Part shown: in pieces, positions 62,213 through 64,000 of the stretch
How positions within the stretch are numbered: position 1 is the first letter of the stretch
Layout of the letters: each line of letters opens with the position of its first letter
Assembly (NCBI GenBank): GCA_946186375.1
Contig: CAMHMZ010000009.1
Coordinates: forward strand, 1,419 to 65,418
From: an uncultured Clostridia bacterium
Lineage (GTDB): Bacteria; Bacillota; Clostridia; Oscillospirales; Oscillospiraceae
DNA length: 64,000 bases
Direction: 5' to 3'
The notes under the pieces: model-generated
What the model was told of the DNA's origin: nothing
The model's input: the letters and a program-made list of their open reading frames with translations, nothing else
The model's database searches: none
Position numbers and translations under genes: made by a program

Positions 62213-62662
62213 ATGGAGAGCAGGAAAGAGGGCAGGATCCTGGCGGTGTGCGTCAGCGAAAGGAAGGGGCAGCAGAAGCACCCCGTGGAGGAGATCCGGC
62301 TGATCCCGGGGCACGGGATCGAGGGGGACGCCCACGCCGGGGCCTGGCACCGGCAGGTCAGTCTTCTCGGGCAGGAGAGCGTGGCGCGGCTGCAGGAGAA
62401 GGTCGCTGTGCCGCTCTTCCCGGGCGCCTTTGCGGAGAACATCCTCTGCGAGGGGCTGGAGCTTTTCTCCCTGCCGGTCGGGACGCGGCTGCGCGTGGGC
62501 GGCGCCCTGTGCGAGGTGACGCAGATCGGCAAGGAGTGCCACGCCGACTGCGCGATCCGGCGGCAGGCGGGCGACTGCGTCATGCCGCGCGAGGGGATCT
62601 TCGCTATCGTCCTGGAGGGCGGCAGCGCCCGCGCCGGCGACCGGATCACGCTCTGCCCCTGA
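62213..62662 (+). CDS. MOSC domain-containing protein
   Basis: ORF 62027..62662 trimmed to ATG 62213 behind GGGAGG. ..GIEGDAHAG.W.RQVSLL.. MOSC beta-barrel block and a conserved Cys near the C-terminus. Confidence 0.8.
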   Translation: MESRKEGRILAVCVSERKGQQKHPVEEIRLIPGHGIEGDAHAGAWHRQVSLLGQESVARLQEKVAVPLFPGAFAENILCEGLELFSLPVGTRLRVGGALCEVTQIGKECHADCAIRRQAGDCVMPREGIFAIVLEGGSARAGDRITLCP

Positions 62663-63741
62663 TGCGCGCCGCGATCGCCATGAGCGGCGGAGTGGACAGC
62701 TCCGTCGCGGCGCTGCTGCTGCAGCGGGCGGGCTGGGACTGCACCGGCGTCACGATGCGCCTGCTGCGCGGCTCTGAGCTCGCGCTTCCCAGCCACAAAA
62801 GCTGCTGCTCGCCGGAGGACGCGGAGGACGCGGCCTACATCTGTTATCAGCTCGGCATCCCGCATGAGCTGCTGGATCTCTCCGGTCTGTTTCAGACCGC
62901 CGTCATCCAGCCCTTTGCGGACGAATACGCACGGGGGCGGACGCCGAACCCCTGCATCGAATGCAACCGCCGCCTGAAATTCGACGCGCTGCTCGACTGG
63001 GCGCTGCGCGAGGGCTATGACGCGCTCGCGACCGGGCATTACGCCCGCGTAACACGATCCGCCTCCGGCCGCTGGCAGCTTCTCAAGGCGCTCGACGAGA
63101 GCAAGGATCAGAGTTATGTGCTCGCCATGCTCACGCAGCGGCAGCTCAGCCGGCTGTGCTTCCCGCTGGGCGAACTGCGCAAGAGCGAAGCGCGGCTTCT
63201 GGCCGAGGAGAGCGGCCTCGTGACGGCCCGCAAGCGGGACAGCCAGGACATCTGTTTCATCCCGGACGGGGATTATGCCGCTTTTCTTGAGCGTTGGCGC
63301 GGCGAGCCCTTTCCGCCCGGAGACCTCCTGGATACGGAGGGACGGTTGCTCGGGCGGCATCGCGGGGCGATCCGCTATACGCTCGGCCAGCGGCGCGGCC
63401 TCGGCCTGGCCGCGGGCGAGCGTGTGTATGTGACGGGCAAGGACATGGCAAAAAACACCGTGACTCTGGGGCCGGAGAGCGCGCTGTACAGCCGCACGCT
63501 GCTCGCCTCCCGCTTCAACTGGCTTTCGATCCCGGAGCCCGGGCGGCCGCTGCGCGTGACGGCATGCACGCGCTGCCACCAGCGGGAGCGCGCTGCGACC
63601 GTCACGCCGCTTTCGGGCAGCCGGATCCGCCTTGTCTTCGACGAGCCGCAGCGCGCCGTCACGCCGGGGCAGAGCGTCGCCCTCTATGACGGCGAGCTGC
63701 TCCTCGGCGGCGGCACGATCGAGTCGACCGAAACACAATAA
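62662..63741 (+). CDS. mnmA: tRNA 2-thiouridine(34) synthase
   Basis: Embedded in ORF 62248..63741. ATG 62662 overlaps the MOSC gene stop. PP-loop AMSGGVDSSVAA, NPCIECNR and DQSY blocks. Confidence 0.9.
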   Translation: MRAAIAMSGGVDSSVAALLLQRAGWDCTGVTMRLLRGSELALPSHKSCCSPEDAEDAAYICYQLGIPHELLDLSGLFQTAVIQPFADEYARGRTPNPCIECNRRLKFDALLDWALREGYDALATGHYARVTRSASGRWQLLKALDESKDQSYVLAMLTQRQLSRLCFPLGELRKSEARLLAEESGLVTARKRDSQDICFIPDGDYAAFLERWRGEPFPPGDLLDTEGRLLGRHRGAIRYTLGQRRGLGLAAGERVYVTGKDMAKNTVTLGPESALYSRTLLASRFNWLSIPEPGRPLRVTACTRCHQRERAATVTPLSGSRIRLVFDEPQRAVTPGQSVALYDGELLLGGGTIESTETQ

Positions 63742-63786
63742 CCGAAACGGAGCTGTGAAGTGTTTTCACAGCTCCGTTTCGGTTTA
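63740..63786. terminator. bidirectional terminator between mnmA and the hydrolase gene
   Basis: AACCGAAACGGAGCTGTGAA-GTGTT-TTCACAGCTCCGTTTCGGTT, a 20-bp perfect stem. Confidence 0.75.
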
Positions 63787-64000
63787 TGCTTCAATAGTAT
63801 TTAAAAAGGAAAGCAGGAGCTTCTCGTAGCCCGCGGGGTCGGAGACGATCGATTGGGCGTGGTCGGCGCCGTCGAAGAGGTGCAGCTCGCTCTTTTTGTT
63901 CCGGCAGAGGGCAAAGAGCTCCTCGCTGTGCGAGCAGGGGATCAGCGTGTCCTCCCGCCCGTGCATGAGACAGACGGGCGTGAGGCTCTCGCGCAGCGCG
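63784..64000 (-). CDS. alpha/beta hydrolase, C-terminal part (gene continues past the right window edge)
   Basis: ..HGREDTLIP....HLFDGADH.. is a typical C-terminal Asp/His region of the alpha/beta hydrolase fold. The reading frame stays open to position 64000. Confidence 0.55.
   Translation of the reverse strand, partial: ALRESLTPVCLMHGREDTLIPCSHSEELFALCRNKKSELHLFDGADHAQSIVSDPAGYEKLLLSFLNTIEA

Overview
High-GC (hand-counted coding lines about 65-80% GC) chromosomal segment, probably from a Clostridia/Oscillospirales-like Firmicute (inferred from gene content only). I call 54 protein genes and find no rRNA, tRNA or CRISPR array. Most genes are housekeeping or transport: sdaAB (partial), a TldD/PmbA pair, glmS, plsY, LysR plus a TAXI-TRAP transporter, two flavoproteins plus asparaginase, CotH plus a Cthe_2159-like lipoprotein, cysE, PadR-DUF2812, ptb-like, a Kv-like channel, NUDIX, GH13, a GATase-less GMP synthase, MFS, proC, a PotABCD-type ABC transporter plus GDPD, DUF1846, a PrsA-like PPIase, M28, serpin, nth, M32, MOSC and mnmA. 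Five things stand out. (1) A low-GC island (about 26.76-32.88 kb) carries a co-directional YhcG/DUF1016 nuclease, McrB-like and McrC-like cassette. Its McrB has no N-terminal domain but has a roughly 110-aa insertion inside the AAA+ core. The cassette is bracketed by about 163-bp direct repeats exactly 4,265 bp apart and followed by an ECF sigma/anti-sigma pair. This is my best candidate for a novel defence-type system. (2) A modular, MITE/BOX-like intergenic repeat family has six copies in 64 kb, with TTTTCAG-based terminal inverted repeats, ATTCCGA heptamer arrays and interchangeable GC-rich hairpin modules. All six copies are co-oriented with the upstream gene. (3) Three tandem paralogous secreted proteins of unknown function, two of them with near-consensus promoters of their own. 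(4) A fusion of a low-molecular-weight tyrosine phosphatase to a barstar domain, at the end of a cluster with a hybrid histidine kinase, a divergent HD-GYP protein and a low-GC orphan gene. (5) A 1049-aa wall-anchored surface protein with a Pro/Thr linker encoded by tandem DNA repeats. Many long ORFs in the track are antisense shadows typical of high-GC DNA and were rejected. All homology statements come from motif recognition by eye, and no database search was possible.
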